In this document: piece after piece, positions 27,255 to 38,368 of the stretch
How positions within the stretch are numbered: the first letter of the stretch is position 1
Layout of the letters: each line of letters starts with the position of its first letter
DNA from: Squalus acanthias
Lineage: Eukaryota
Assembly: GCA_030390025.1 (NCBI GenBank)
Contig: CM059432.1
Location: 30,816,001-30,880,000 of the forward strand
Reading direction: 5' to 3'
DNA: 64,000 bases
Notes under the pieces: generated by a model
What the model saw: the letters and a program-made list of their open reading frames with translations, nothing else
Told to the model about the DNA's origin: nothing
Database searches by the model: none
Program-made: the position numbers and the translations under genes

Positions 27255-27690
27255 GTACCTCAGTGGTAGGACTCTCGCCTTTGAGTCAGAAGGTTGTGGG
27301 TTCATAACCGTACTCCAGAGATTTCTGAACCTAATCTAAACTGACACTTCAGTGCAGTACTGAGGGAGTGCTGTACATCGGAGTGTGCTGTCTTTCAGAT
27401 GTGATGTTAAACTGAGGCTCTGTCTGCCCTTTTTGGTGGATGTAAAAGATCCCACGGCACTATTTTGAAGGAGAACTGGGGAGTTCTCCTCAACCAACAT
27501 CACGAAAATAGATTATCCGGTCATTATCCCATTGCTGTTTGTGGGAACTTGCTGTGTGTGAATTGGCTGCCGCGTTTCCCACATTACAACTTTGACTACA
27601 CTTCAAAAGTACTTAATTGGCTGTAAAGCACTTTGGGATGTCCTGAAGTTGAGAAAGGCACCAGATAAATACAAGGTCTTTCTTTCTTTA
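27255..27690 (+). mobile_element. DeuSINE (SacSINE1-like) near full-length copy
   Basis: tRNA-like head, central domain AAAAGATCCCACGGCACTATT, L2-type tail; homologous to 47787-48243. Confidence 0.8.
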
Positions 27691-28507
27691 TCCCAGACTC
27701 TCTCACAGATATCAAAAATATTGTATCAGGCTGTGTTAGATGTACAAACCTAATGTTTTTATGTTTCCACAGCAGATCTGCAATGAACTTGTAAATCAAT
27801 CACCTTTCAGACAGACAGCTCCTGCGGGTGTGCCATGTGGCCTGACCTGCACATTAATCTGATTTATTTTTACAGGACACTATTTTATGTGTGTGTGTGT
27901 AACCTTTCGCTACACCACCCCAGCAGTGAGATTTTAAACCTGTCGATGCTGATATTTTAGTTTCTGTTCATCAGCTAGTTCTGAAGACATCGCAAAAGGG
28001 CTGTTATAAATATCAGCGCAGTGGGTTATTGGTTTGGCATTTTTAAAATCAATTGTCTCCCAGTTCTGCAAGGGACCCTTAGAAATGTGACAACCAGAAC
28101 TAATTGATTTTTGAAAATGGCAAAGCAATATTCCCCGAGCAGCCGCATTTCTGCATGGAAAGTAATTAAATATATGTCTCTAATTACAGAAATGTTATAC
28201 AGACAATGGTTCAAGCATGTGTGTGAACAAAGGAACACAGACTAATTTTGGCATAGCAAAGTTACCACGGTAACAAGGAATAGAAAAGAACCATTAAATG
28301 TCAGTGGGTAAATGCACTGTCCTGTGCAGCGCTTAAACCTTATATAATCACAATTTCTTTTGGTTCTCTGGTTTTGGGAAAGACTGGCAAGGCCACATTT
28401 ATTACTCTTATGGCATTAAGATTCAACTACAAATAGTGTAGATTGATAGGCCATCTTGAGTAAGTGTGGTAGGTTCCCATTGTTACAGAACATTAGTGAA
28501 CCAAAAA

Positions 28508-29072
28508 CAACAACAACTTGCTTTTAACGTAATAAAACGCCCCAAGGTGCTTCACAGGAGTTTAATCAGACAGAAAATTGACACTGAGTCAAAGAAGGAG
28601 ATGTTCGTATCGGTTGGTCAAAGAGGTACATTTTAAGGAGGGTCTTAAAAGAGGAGGGAGAGATGGAGAGACAAAAAGGTTTAGGGAGGGAATTCCAGAG
28701 TGTAGGCTTAGACAGCTGATATTTTTTTATTTGTTCATGGGATGTGGGCATCGCTGGCAAGGCCAGCATTTATTGCCCATCCCTAATTGCCCTTGAGGAG
28801 GTGCTGGTGAGCCGCCGTCTTGAACCGCTGCAGTCCGTGTGGTGAAGGTACTCCCACAGTGCTGTTAGGGAGGGAGTTCCAGGATTTTGACCCAGCAACA
28901 ATGAAGGAACAGTGATCTATTTCCAAGTCAAAATGGTATGTGACTTGGAGGGGAACTTGGAGGTGATGGTGTTCCCATCCGCCTGTGGAGAGGCGAAGGA
29001 ATTCAGTGATGCACAAGAGGTCAGAATTGGAGGAATGCAGAGTTCTCAGAGGGTTTAGGGCTGGAGGAAACA
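28508..29072 (-). mobile_element. L2 3' end interrupted by the 3' end of a second LINE family (about 28722-28983)
   Basis: L2 tail matches 55684 onward; the insert matches 49240-49500. Confidence 0.75.
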
Positions 29073-30014
29073 GCACTAATAAAAACAGTAGCTATGATCA
29101 TCTCTTAATGGCGGTCCATAAATAGTCAAGTGTATTAAATTCACTTCACAATTTGCCTTGTTAGGATTTCAGCTCACAACCTCTACAATGCAAATCCAGT
29201 ACCATAATCATTTACACCACTGCAACCTTTATTCTTACAGCAAAGGACAAGGACTCAAAGTCAGTAAATAGACAAGGTGCGCAGATGGTTTCACTTTAAT
29301 TACTTCACGTGATCAACTGCCAGGATGGGCAATGAAGTGGGATAGTCTCAAAAAATTTCAAATGTAGCTGGATAGATATTGGATAGAGAAAGCTATTGAG
29401 AGGCATGAGAGATCGAGTAGTGTATGGGAATATTCAAATTTTGGGACCAGACAGAAGAGACACAATGCTTTAACCTTCATATGTTTCGAAACGGGAGGTC
29501 CCAGGTTCAATTCCAACTCTATCATGGGTTGGGTTCTATAATTGGCCTGTGAACCCCAGGACAAGGGAGGGGAAACATCAGCACATGCTCCTGATTGCTA
29601 TCCAGCAGTTCTGGTAATATAATTACCCTCTGCTCTTTTGGGTTAGGGAGGGGAAAATGAAACTAAGTTCCTTGGCTGTTATTCACTGACCTCTGCTGTA
29701 AAGTGTATATGTGAGAAAAGGATATTACTCTGTAGCTCCTTAAGATCAAATAGTCTGCTCACACTGAGGCTAAATAGCCTTCAGACACTGAATATCAAGG
29801 CTAAGCAATGAAGATTGGCCATTTGGTCAAGATACTGGGGGACAGTTGTTGATTGGGGAATTGTACTCCTGTGATCATGTATGTTTTGTAAAAGTTTTGA
29901 ATAAAAGGTATCAAATAAAAGCTACCACTGAATCAAGAAAATTCATGCTGCAATAGATAATAAACATTATGAGAACCAATCATTCCATTGCTGATGTAAT
30001 TGTAAGCTTGGTTC

Positions 30015-30440
30015 AGTTGCTTTCATTATCACCTTTAAATCAGAGGGTTGTAGGTTCCAGCCCCACTCCAGCAAATGATCTAGGCTAACACTCCAGTGCA
30101 ATGCTGAGGGAGTGCAGTATTGTTGGAACTGCAGTCCTTTGGATGCAAAGTGAAAATGAGGCCCAGTCCTCTTGCTCAGGTCTCAGGTGGGTGTTAATGA
30201 TCCCAGGGCACTATTTGAAGAGTTCTGCTGGTGCCATGGACAATATTCCTCTCTCAAACAATGTTACCAAAAATAAATTAACAGGTGACTTGCTGTTCAT
30301 GAGCGCTTGCTCACTCGAAGTACCTCCACATTTGGCCTCATAACACCAGCCACTTTCAAAGTCGTTCATTATAACTGAAACGCTTTGCGACGTTTCCGAG
30401 AGATGTGATGAGGTGCTTTATGGATGAAAGTCTTTCTGTA
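30015..30440 (+). mobile_element. Decayed DeuSINE copy
   Basis: Collinear with 27255-27690. Confidence 0.65.
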
Positions 30441-31879
30441 ACAATTCTGTTGGGTTTAGACATTTGGACTGAGATAAGGAACAGTCTTATCAGATTATGC
30501 CCTTGATGATGAAATATGAACATACAAAATTGACGGGTAGGAAAAGACCAGCTGGTCCATCAAGCCTGCCCCACACCATGATGGCCGGAGCATCATGGGT
30601 AAACACTTCTTCCCTCCCCCGACCTTCCCGCCACCCCCACCTCACACCCACCCCTGCAGCCAAGTAATCTCCTGGGAGAGCAAAAATACAGAGAAAAAAC
30701 CCTGGGGCAATAATGGAAAAATATACACTTGTACAATTCCTCACTGACCCCCCTCGGGTAATCAAAACCATTTCAGGAGATCACATGGACCAAGTGTTAA
30801 TTATAAAGGCACTTGCCTTCTATATGATGTGATCTCTGCCCCAGTCAGCATTGTTAGAACTTCACTCCGTTGGATGTAAAGTTAAAATGAGTCCAGCTCC
30901 GTCTTGAAGGCATGCAGAGTGTCAGCACCACCACACCAGCCGTCAATGTATTCCAGAGGCTCACTGCTCTCTGGGAAAAGAAGAACTGCCAAACATTCAG
31001 TCTATTCCTATTCTTACAAAGTTTAAACTCGTGTCCTCTGGCCCTGCCCAATCTGTTGAACTGGAATAATCTATCAATAGGGACACCACCCAGCCCTTTA
31101 ATTATTTTATAGACCTCTATCAGGTCACCTCTAAGTCTACGCTGATTTAGAGTAAATAGACCAAGGTCCTTGAGCCTATCCGAGTAGCTGAGGTTCTTTA
31201 AGCTCAGAATCATTTTTGTAGCTCTCCTCTGGACCTTTTCCAAGGCCACTTTATCACCCACCATGTGGGGGGACTAAAACTGGGCACAGTACTCTAGATT
31301 TGGTCTGACTAGCGTCCATAGTGTCAAAATGGTGTCCTTTGATTTATACTGAATGGATTTATTAATACAACCCAAAACCTTATGGGGTAAAAATTCACTT
31401 GGTTGCGCCTCCCGTTAGTGCCTTAAGAGGGCGCTAATTGGGCGTTAAGCCGCTAACGCCCGGGCGCAGCGATGTTTGCGCCGCTCGAGAACTTAACTTG
31501 AGATTGTGCGGCGGCGCTAAAACTTACCGCTGCGACCACCTGCGCGCGCAGATTATGACGTCATTCCATGGTGCAACGCCCTTGGGGCGCCCCGGAGCGG
31601 AAATTGAGTGGCGCCCCCTGCCTTACCGCCTGGCGCTTCCAACGACCGGAAGACTGGAACGCTATCAATCGGTGTGGGGCTGGGGGGGGGCGCTATTTAA
31701 AGGGGGCCTCTTCCTGTCTTTTTCTGTGGTCGACATTTATGCACCACTCGTTCTGAGAGAGAGAGAGAGAGAGAGACTTCTACATTGACTCAACGCTTTG
31801 TGAGGTAGTTTTGCCTATTCATCCTAACTTTGTTGCTACTTTAGTTGCTGTACCTCATTACTTTTCTGGCAAAGAGAAT

Positions 31880-33040
31880 ATGGGGGCTGCACTGATTGGG
31901 GGCGTCGTCCTGCTCCAGCTGAATCGGAGGATACAGAGACACAGACAGAGAGTGGCAATGATGGCCAGACGGAGGAGGGCCATCAGGCGCATGTACAGGA
32001 GAGCTTACCCTCCCAGGGTATATCGTGAACAGCTCTCCTACATCCATATGTCCGAGGAGCTGTGTTTGCGAAGGCTGCGATTCAGCAAGGAGGTGGTCAC
32101 TGAGCTCTGCCACCTGCTGCAGCCAGATCTGCAGCCTCAGCTGAGGTCCAGGACGTCTCTGTCGGTGGCAGTGAAGGTCACAGTGGCTTTGAACTTCTAC
32201 GCCACTGGCTCATTCCAAGCTGCTGTAGGGGACCTCGCCAATATCTCCCAGTTCGCGGTGCATCGCTGCATCCGGCAGGTCACCAATGCCCTCTTCAGAA
32301 GGAGACGAGACTTCATCTCTTTCCCTATGACCCCAGACAAGCAGCGTGACCGTGCTCTGGGCTTTGCGAGGGTAGCGGGCTTCCCCATGGTGCAGGGCGC
32401 CATTGACTGCATGCATGTGGCTTTGCGTGCTCCGCGAGAGAATGCAGAGGAATTCAGGAACAGAAAGGGGTTCCATTCCTTGAATGTCCAGTTGGTCTGT
32501 GACCACAGACAGGTGATACTCGCTGTCAATGCCCACTATCCGGGCAGCTGCCACGATGCTTTCATCCTGCGCCAGACTACTGTGGCAGAAGTTTTCGAGG
32601 CACCGCATCAGCCAGTTGGTTGGTTTCTCGGGGACAAGGGGTACGCATTGAGCACCTGGCTGATGACACCGCTCCGTACGCCAAACACCCCTGCTGAGCT
32701 GCGGTACAATGAAAGCCATAAAGCAACCAGGAACATTATTGAGCGCACAATCGGCGTGCTGAAACAACGGTTCCGCTGTCTGGACCATTCCGGAGGAGCC
32801 CTGCAGTACTCGCCTGAGCAAGTTTCGAACTTCGTAGTCGTGTGCTGCATGTTGCACAACATGGCAATCCTCAGGACCCAGCCAATGCCACCAGGCCTTG
32901 TAGCACCACCAGAGGAGGAGGAGGAAGAGGAGGAAGAGGACGAGGACGATGATCATCAGCAGCACCAAGGCGGGAGGGCGGCCCACAATGGTCAAACTGC
33001 AAGGGCCGTCCGTCAACGACTAATAGCAAGCCGCTTCTAG
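31880..33040 (+). CDS. Harbinger DDE transposase (HARBI1-like family), 386 aa, uninterrupted
   Basis: ATG at 31880; HTH region; GAIDCMH, NRKGFHSLNVQ, YPGSCHD, LGDKGY, IERTIGVLKQRFR, CCMLHN; acidic C-terminal tail. Confidence 0.93.
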   Translation: MGAALIGGVVLLQLNRRIQRHRQRVAMMARRRRAIRRMYRRAYPPRVYREQLSYIHMSEELCLRRLRFSKEVVTELCHLLQPDLQPQLRSRTSLSVAVKVTVALNFYATGSFQAAVGDLANISQFAVHRCIRQVTNALFRRRRDFISFPMTPDKQRDRALGFARVAGFPMVQGAIDCMHVALRAPRENAEEFRNRKGFHSLNVQLVCDHRQVILAVNAHYPGSCHDAFILRQTTVAEVFEAPHQPVGWFLGDKGYALSTWLMTPLRTPNTPAELRYNESHKATRNIIERTIGVLKQRFRCLDHSGGALQYSPEQVSNFVVVCCMLHNMAILRTQPMPPGLVAPPEEEEEEEEEDEDDDHQQHQGGRAAHNGQTARAVRQRLIASRF

Positions 33041-33334
33041 GGCCCCTGCCATTGCTACAAACATTAATCAACCCAGCACGCAACCCCTAAGCCGGCCAAG
33101 GCACCAATAATTCCAACCACCAGCCATGTATATTTTGAATGCAGAAACTTATTTATTTTACAAACTCTGTGTGTGTCAATTCCTCATGACAAACTCATAG
33201 AAATAAACACAAAAAAACAGTCAATAACATAACTGGTTCTCACAACCTGGTGATAATGTCCAAAACACTAAACAAAAGTTGGACCATGAACCTCGGCCTT
33301 TAATAAAAAAATGACCAGCATTTTGTCACACCTC

Positions 33335-35204
33335 CTACTTTTTGCCCTTCGAGGGTGATCTCCTTCCCTTGCGCACTTCCCCCCTTCTAACCCTACTGCT
33401 CCTCCGTAATGGGACCTCAGTGGCTGCAGTGGAAGGCTGCTGCTCGTCAGACCCTGACACTGCAGATGCCCCTGAAGGACGGCCTCGACCACTTCTGGGC
33501 CTGGAGGGCCCGGCTGCAGACTGCACCAACTCTGCATGGGCGGCAGCAGTCTGTCCTACAGGCGGTGGCAAGTGCAGTGGAGAAGTGACAGTGTTGGCAG
33601 CAGGAATGCTGTCATCGTGCGAGAGGACAGCAACTCCCTGCTCGCCCGACACACTGGCACTCCCACGGGGCAGCACTTCAGCATCCGGAGCAATCTGCCG
33701 GAGAACAGATTGCTGGCCTGCTGCGGCGCGGTGACAGCCCCGGGGACATGTGCACGAACCATCGAGGTTGGCAGCAGTCTGTGCTCGCGTGGCCTCCATC
33801 TGAGTCTGTATGAGAGCAGTCAGAGGTGGGATCACGGCAGCCAGTGACTGAATTGCAGCACTAAGCGTTAGTGTGGCATCCGCCTGTGCTACAGCGAAGT
33901 GCTCCACACTCCTTGCCAGTGACTCAATGCATTCGGGCACCCTTCCCACTGCACCCATGAGCTCAGTGTGCATGCCCACCGCCTGGGTGTTCATTTCTGC
34001 AATCAGCCGCTCCTCCTCTGCGTCCATTGCAGTAGGAGTGTCTGGCATACTCTCCCTCTGGGGAGAAGGCCCCCGTTCTTCCCTAACCCCCCCCCATGGC
34101 GTTGCTGCAGCCCGCTGGGTCCTGGAGCTTCACCATCATCAGCCCCTTCCCCCCTGCTCCCCTCCGGGGAAGGCGTGTTCCCAGTGTGGGCATGGGCTTC
34201 CTCGGGAGAGGGTGGCACTGATGCTCCGGCTTCCTCTTCCCCCTCAGCTGCAGCTTCACTCCCAGTGGCAGCTTCAGGGCCCGTCTCCTCAGCTGGTGAA
34301 TCACCATCTGAAAGCAGGGAGGTACAAGAGTGGCTTTAGCGTGAGGACAGGGTGGCAGTAAGGGAGGAATAAGTGCAGCGAGTTAGCAAGTTGGATTGAA
34401 AGTGTCAAAGGCTGGTGTTGTGAGGGACAAGTGGAAGGACAGAGGACAAAAAGCAGATGACCTTACCATTGCTGTCCACAACGGGGTCGGCGTCTCCAGT
34501 GGCGACGGGACCGATCACCCGGCTTACTACAATCCTGTGGACGCGCTCCTCCAGATCGCTGAGGGGTTGCAGCTGAGGCCGCCCTCCACCTGTCCGTTGC
34601 TGCTGTCTCCTATTATGAGCCAGCTTAGCCTGCAAGAAAAAGGACAGCATCTGAGTAAATATACAGCCATGGTCTTGCCTGATGTGCCTCCCATAGGTGA
34701 ATAGCCCTTACAATATACAGCCATGGTCTTGCCTGATGTGCCTCCCATAGGTGAATAGCCCTTACAATATACAGCCATGGTCTTGCCTGATGTGCCTCCC
34801 ATAGGTGAATAGCCCTTACTGTATGCAAAGTGTGGAATGTGTGTGTGTGTTTGATGAAAGGGCCATAGGTGTTGGATGAGTGTTGTGCATTGGGGTTTTA
34901 AGACCCTCTGGCCGTAGAGTGAGGTTGAGATGGAGGGATGGAGAGGTATTGAGAAAAAGCCACTCACCCTGACGACCCGAGTGAGGTCGTTGAACTTTTT
35001 GCGGCATTGAGTATGGGTCCTGGGCACCATGCTCCTGGAGGAGACGCTCTGAGCCACCTCCCTCCACACTCTTCTGAACTCGCGTGGCAAAGGCCTCCTG
35101 CCACTCTCAAGGAACAGCATACATCGTCTGCGCTCCACTGCGCCAACCAGAGCATCCAAGGCCCGCTCGGTGAAGCGATGAGCGCGTTCTCTCACCCTCT
35201 CCAT
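33335..35204 (-). CDS. Harbinger Myb/SANT DNA-binding protein, 3 exons (35204-34968, 34629-34467, 34307-33335), one apparent frameshift in a G run
   Basis: Exon 1 RF...WREVA...RTHTQCRKKFNDL; exon 2 AKLAHNRRQQQRTGGG; GT-AG introns with matching phases 0 and 1; frame change at the C9 run 34087-34095; basic C-terminus. Confidence 0.85.
34658..34819. repeat. Perfect 3 x 54-bp tandem repeat in Myb intron 1
   Basis: Unit AATATACAGCCATGG...GAATAGCCCTTAC starts at 34658, 34712 and 34766. Confidence 0.97.
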
Positions 35205-36180
35205 GCTTGGCAGCAAAATGGATTCACAGGTCTCTCCAGGCTGAGATTCAAGGCTGCAATGAGCAGGGTGTGGCTGGGGAGCAAGTGGCCCCCCCCGCTT
35301 TAAGAAGTGTCCGGCGCCAGTGTGTCTGTGTTCCCTCGCTAACTGGCAGCAGCTGCGCTGCGCTCGCGCGCTGAGTTAGCGCCTCACTCCTTGGCCTTTG
35401 CGCCTTAAGACAGGTGTGCAGCGCCTGCTTTAGCGCTCCACTCACCTCCCGGGGCGGTAAAAGTGAAGTTTCCTGTCAGTGCCGATAATTAGCGCCAGGC
35501 ACTAATATTTGCGTCCAGACGATATTTGCGCCCCAAATGGGGCGCGACCTAATTTCTACCCCTATTAGCGTTAGCTACAGTTCTCTACATTTGTCTTGAA
35601 CCTTTAGTGATCTGTGCACAATAAGCCCAATATCTTTTTCTCTCGCATCCTCTTTCAATATTGTTCCCTGCAAGTGATAGAGGTGCAATGTTTGCCCTAA
35701 CAAAATTCATGACTACATTTATCTAAATTACATGCCATTTGTCAATGTGTGGCCCACATCGAGCACATCTAATTCTTTTTGGATTTGATTATACTCCTCT
35801 ACCGTCTTAACCCTTTCACATATTTTGGTGGCATCTGCAACCTTACTTACCGTACTCCCAACACCACTGTCCAGGTCATTATAAAGAGTAAAGGGCTTGG
35901 GACCGATTCCTGGGCAACACCACTGGTATCCTGTCTCCTAGCTGAACCACAACAGTTAACTACAACTTTTTGGCTGCTGGATTGGAGCCAATTCCTAATC
36001 CAATATTTCAAATTTCTACTGATACCACAAGATTCTATCTAGTAACCTAGATGGAGGTGCCTTATCAAAGGCTTTCTGAAAGTCCAGTAAGACAATGTCT
36101 ACTGGATTTCCCTCATCCACTACCCGAATGACATCCTCAAAAAACGCTTATAAAATGTAGTAGGCACAACCTTTTTTTTT

Positions 36181-36276
36181 GACAAAAGTGAGAAGTCGCA
36201 CAACACCAGGTTATAGTCCAACAGTTTTATTTGAAATCACAAGCTTTCGGAGCTGCTGCCCCTTTTCAGGTGAAGT
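36181..36276 (-). mobile_element. Penelope-like 3' end with a degenerate minimal hammerhead motif
   Basis: Minus strand CAC-CTGAAAA-GGGGCAGCAGCTCC-GAAA-GCTT-GTG followed by AATAAA. Confidence 0.6.
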
Positions 36277-37401
36277 AAAGGAATACGAATCGACAAAGCA
36301 TATATAGATAGAGAACAATGCATATGTAGCGTACAATGTCAGACGACTACATTTAATCCTCCTGACTGTCTTTCGTCACACCTCAGCAGAGAAACAATCA
36401 GGTCAGCCAGGAAGGCACCACATCAAAGACATAGCAAGATACAACTGAGACAATGAGGTGGGGTTACAGGGGGTCTACTGTGTCAAATGCTGCAGTCTGT
36501 ATGGAAAACCATAAACTTTAAAATTTTTACTTTTTTTTACTGGAAATCACATCTGTGAACAAGCCAACGACGACTCGAGTCTGGATGACTTTACGTCATG
36601 TAGCGTGACATGAACCCTAGATCCCGGTTGAGGCCATTTAGCAACTCTGCCATAACCTGGGAATCAGTTTGAATCTGCCCTACAGTATCCTTTAGTGGCC
36701 CTATACGATCCTCTATGGTCTTCTGACTTCTGACATAGCTAAAAAAAAGCTTTTGCTATTACTGCCATAATTACTCACCATCTTCTTTTCCAGAGATCTC
36801 TCAGATAATCTTATGGCTGTTTTTGTCTTTCTTAATTGCTTGAATATAAGAGTGCAGGAAGATTACATTCTGCCTCCAATATTCCTTTACATTTAAAAAA
36901 CTGCAGCTGGCAGCAAACACACGGCTCTCACTTTGTTCTGCCCACTACAGTAACCAATTCTTTCATAGGCCTTATGAGCTGCCAGTGAGTTTACCACTCT
37001 GCTCTTCCTTGCTTCTGATAAGAGAATGTTGCTGGGTGGAACTGTAAATGGGAGAGCGTGGCACCAGAAGGTTGGTTTAGTGCCGATCTCCTAAAACCAA
37101 CAGCACAGCGTAAAAGCACCATTTTAATGTTGGAGGCAATGATCGAGATATTATTGATGCCAAACATACAGACGCCAAGTTAGGAAACTGCTGTGTAAAC
37201 AAGCTGAGTTTGGCTGGCGGTGTCAGCATTGTGCTAAATTGGGGATGACCTCCAGGGACCAACAAACAGAATTTATTAAATAAACAAAAAACTTGGCTTA
37301 AGTAGAAACACAGACAACACAACAGTTGTATTCATGTCCAGAGGACTGGAAAACACTGAGTACCATCAATACAGGAGAACTTAAAATGGGTACATTTGTG
37401 T

Positions 37402-37445
<44 letters not shown>

Positions 37446-37454
37446 TTGTTAGAA

Positions 37455-38357
37455 AAAGAAAGACTTGTATTTAAATTGCACCTTTCACAACCTCAGGATG
37501 TCCCAATTAAGTACTTTGAAGTGCAGTCACTGCTCTAATATAGGAAACGTGGCAGCCAATTTACGTATAGCAAATTCCCACAAACAGCAATGAGATAAAT
37601 GACCAGATCATCTGCTTTAGATGTTGGTTGAGGGATAAATGTTGGCCAGAATACCGAGAGAACTCAGCCGCTCTTCTTCGAATAGTGCCATAAGAACATA
37701 AGAAATAAGAGCAGGAGTAGGCCATATGGCCCCTCGAGCCTGCTCCACCATTCAATAAGATGATAGCTGATCTTCAACCTCAACTCCACTTTCCCACCCA
37801 ATCCCCATATCCCTTGATTCCCCTAGAGTCCAAAAATCTATCTATCTCAGCCTTGAATATACTCAATGACTCAGCATCCAGTCGGGTAGAGAATTCCAAA
37901 GATTCACAACTCTCTGAGTAAAGAAATTCCTCCTCATCTCAGTCTTAAATGACCGACCCCTTAGCCTGAGACTATGCCCCCTATTTCTAGACTCTCCAGC
38001 CAGGGGAAACAACCTCTCAGCATCTACCCTGTCAATCCCCCTCAGAATCTTATATGTTTCAATGAGATCACCTCTCAGTATTCTAAACTCCAGAGAGTAT
38101 AGACCCAATCTACTCGATCTCTCCTCATAGAACAACTCTTTCATCCCAGGGATCAATCTAGTGAACCTTTGTTGCATCGCCTCTAAGGCATGTCTGTCCT
38201 TTTTCAGATAAGGAGACCAAAACTGTGCACAGTACTCCAGGTGTGATCTCACCAAAGCCCTGTACAATTGTAGTAAGACTTCCTTACTCTTAAACTCCAA
38301 CCCCCTTGCAATAAAGGCGAACATGCCATTTGCCTTCCTAATTGCTTGCTGTACCTC
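37455..38357 (-). mobile_element. DeuSINE 3' half (37455-37690) adjoining a CR1 3' fragment (37690-38357)
   Basis: ORF 37863-38324 encodes the CR1 C-terminus; SINE tail; the remaining SINE half appears at about 39930-40070. Confidence 0.85.
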
Positions 38358-38368
38358 ATAGAGTCATA

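Larger units (their letters stand above)
31384..35562. mobile_element. Complete PIF/Harbinger DNA transposon (4179 bp)
   Basis: TIR GGGGTAAAAATT / AATTTCTACCCC; TAT on both flanks; CpG-rich subterminal arms; two convergent genes. Confidence 0.95.
30880..36150 (-). mobile_element. Old CR1 fragment hosting the Harbinger insertion
   Basis: LEKVQRRATKMI...RLRGDLIEVYKI (30854-31264); RT DFQKAFD region at about 36060-36090; continuous across 31383/35563. Confidence 0.85.

Noticed and set aside
32210..33016. 268-aa antisense ORF
   Set aside because: Shadow of the GC-rich transposase frame; no recognisable motif
31811..33040. Domesticated host gene HARBI1
   Set aside because: Flanked by TIRs and a TSD, paired with a Myb gene and inserted in a CR1, so it is a transposon. 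The 31811 start is a TTG; the first ATG is at 31880
34658..34819. CRISPR-like array
   Set aside because: Units abut with no spacers, in a eukaryotic intron; it is a plain tandem repeat
34527..35216. 229-aa ORF as the complete Myb protein
   Set aside because: Runs through a strong donor at 34967; the homologous copy at 11469-13160 supports splicing
37397..37446. (TG)n/(TA)n tract
   Set aside because: Ordinary microsatellite beside a SINE tail
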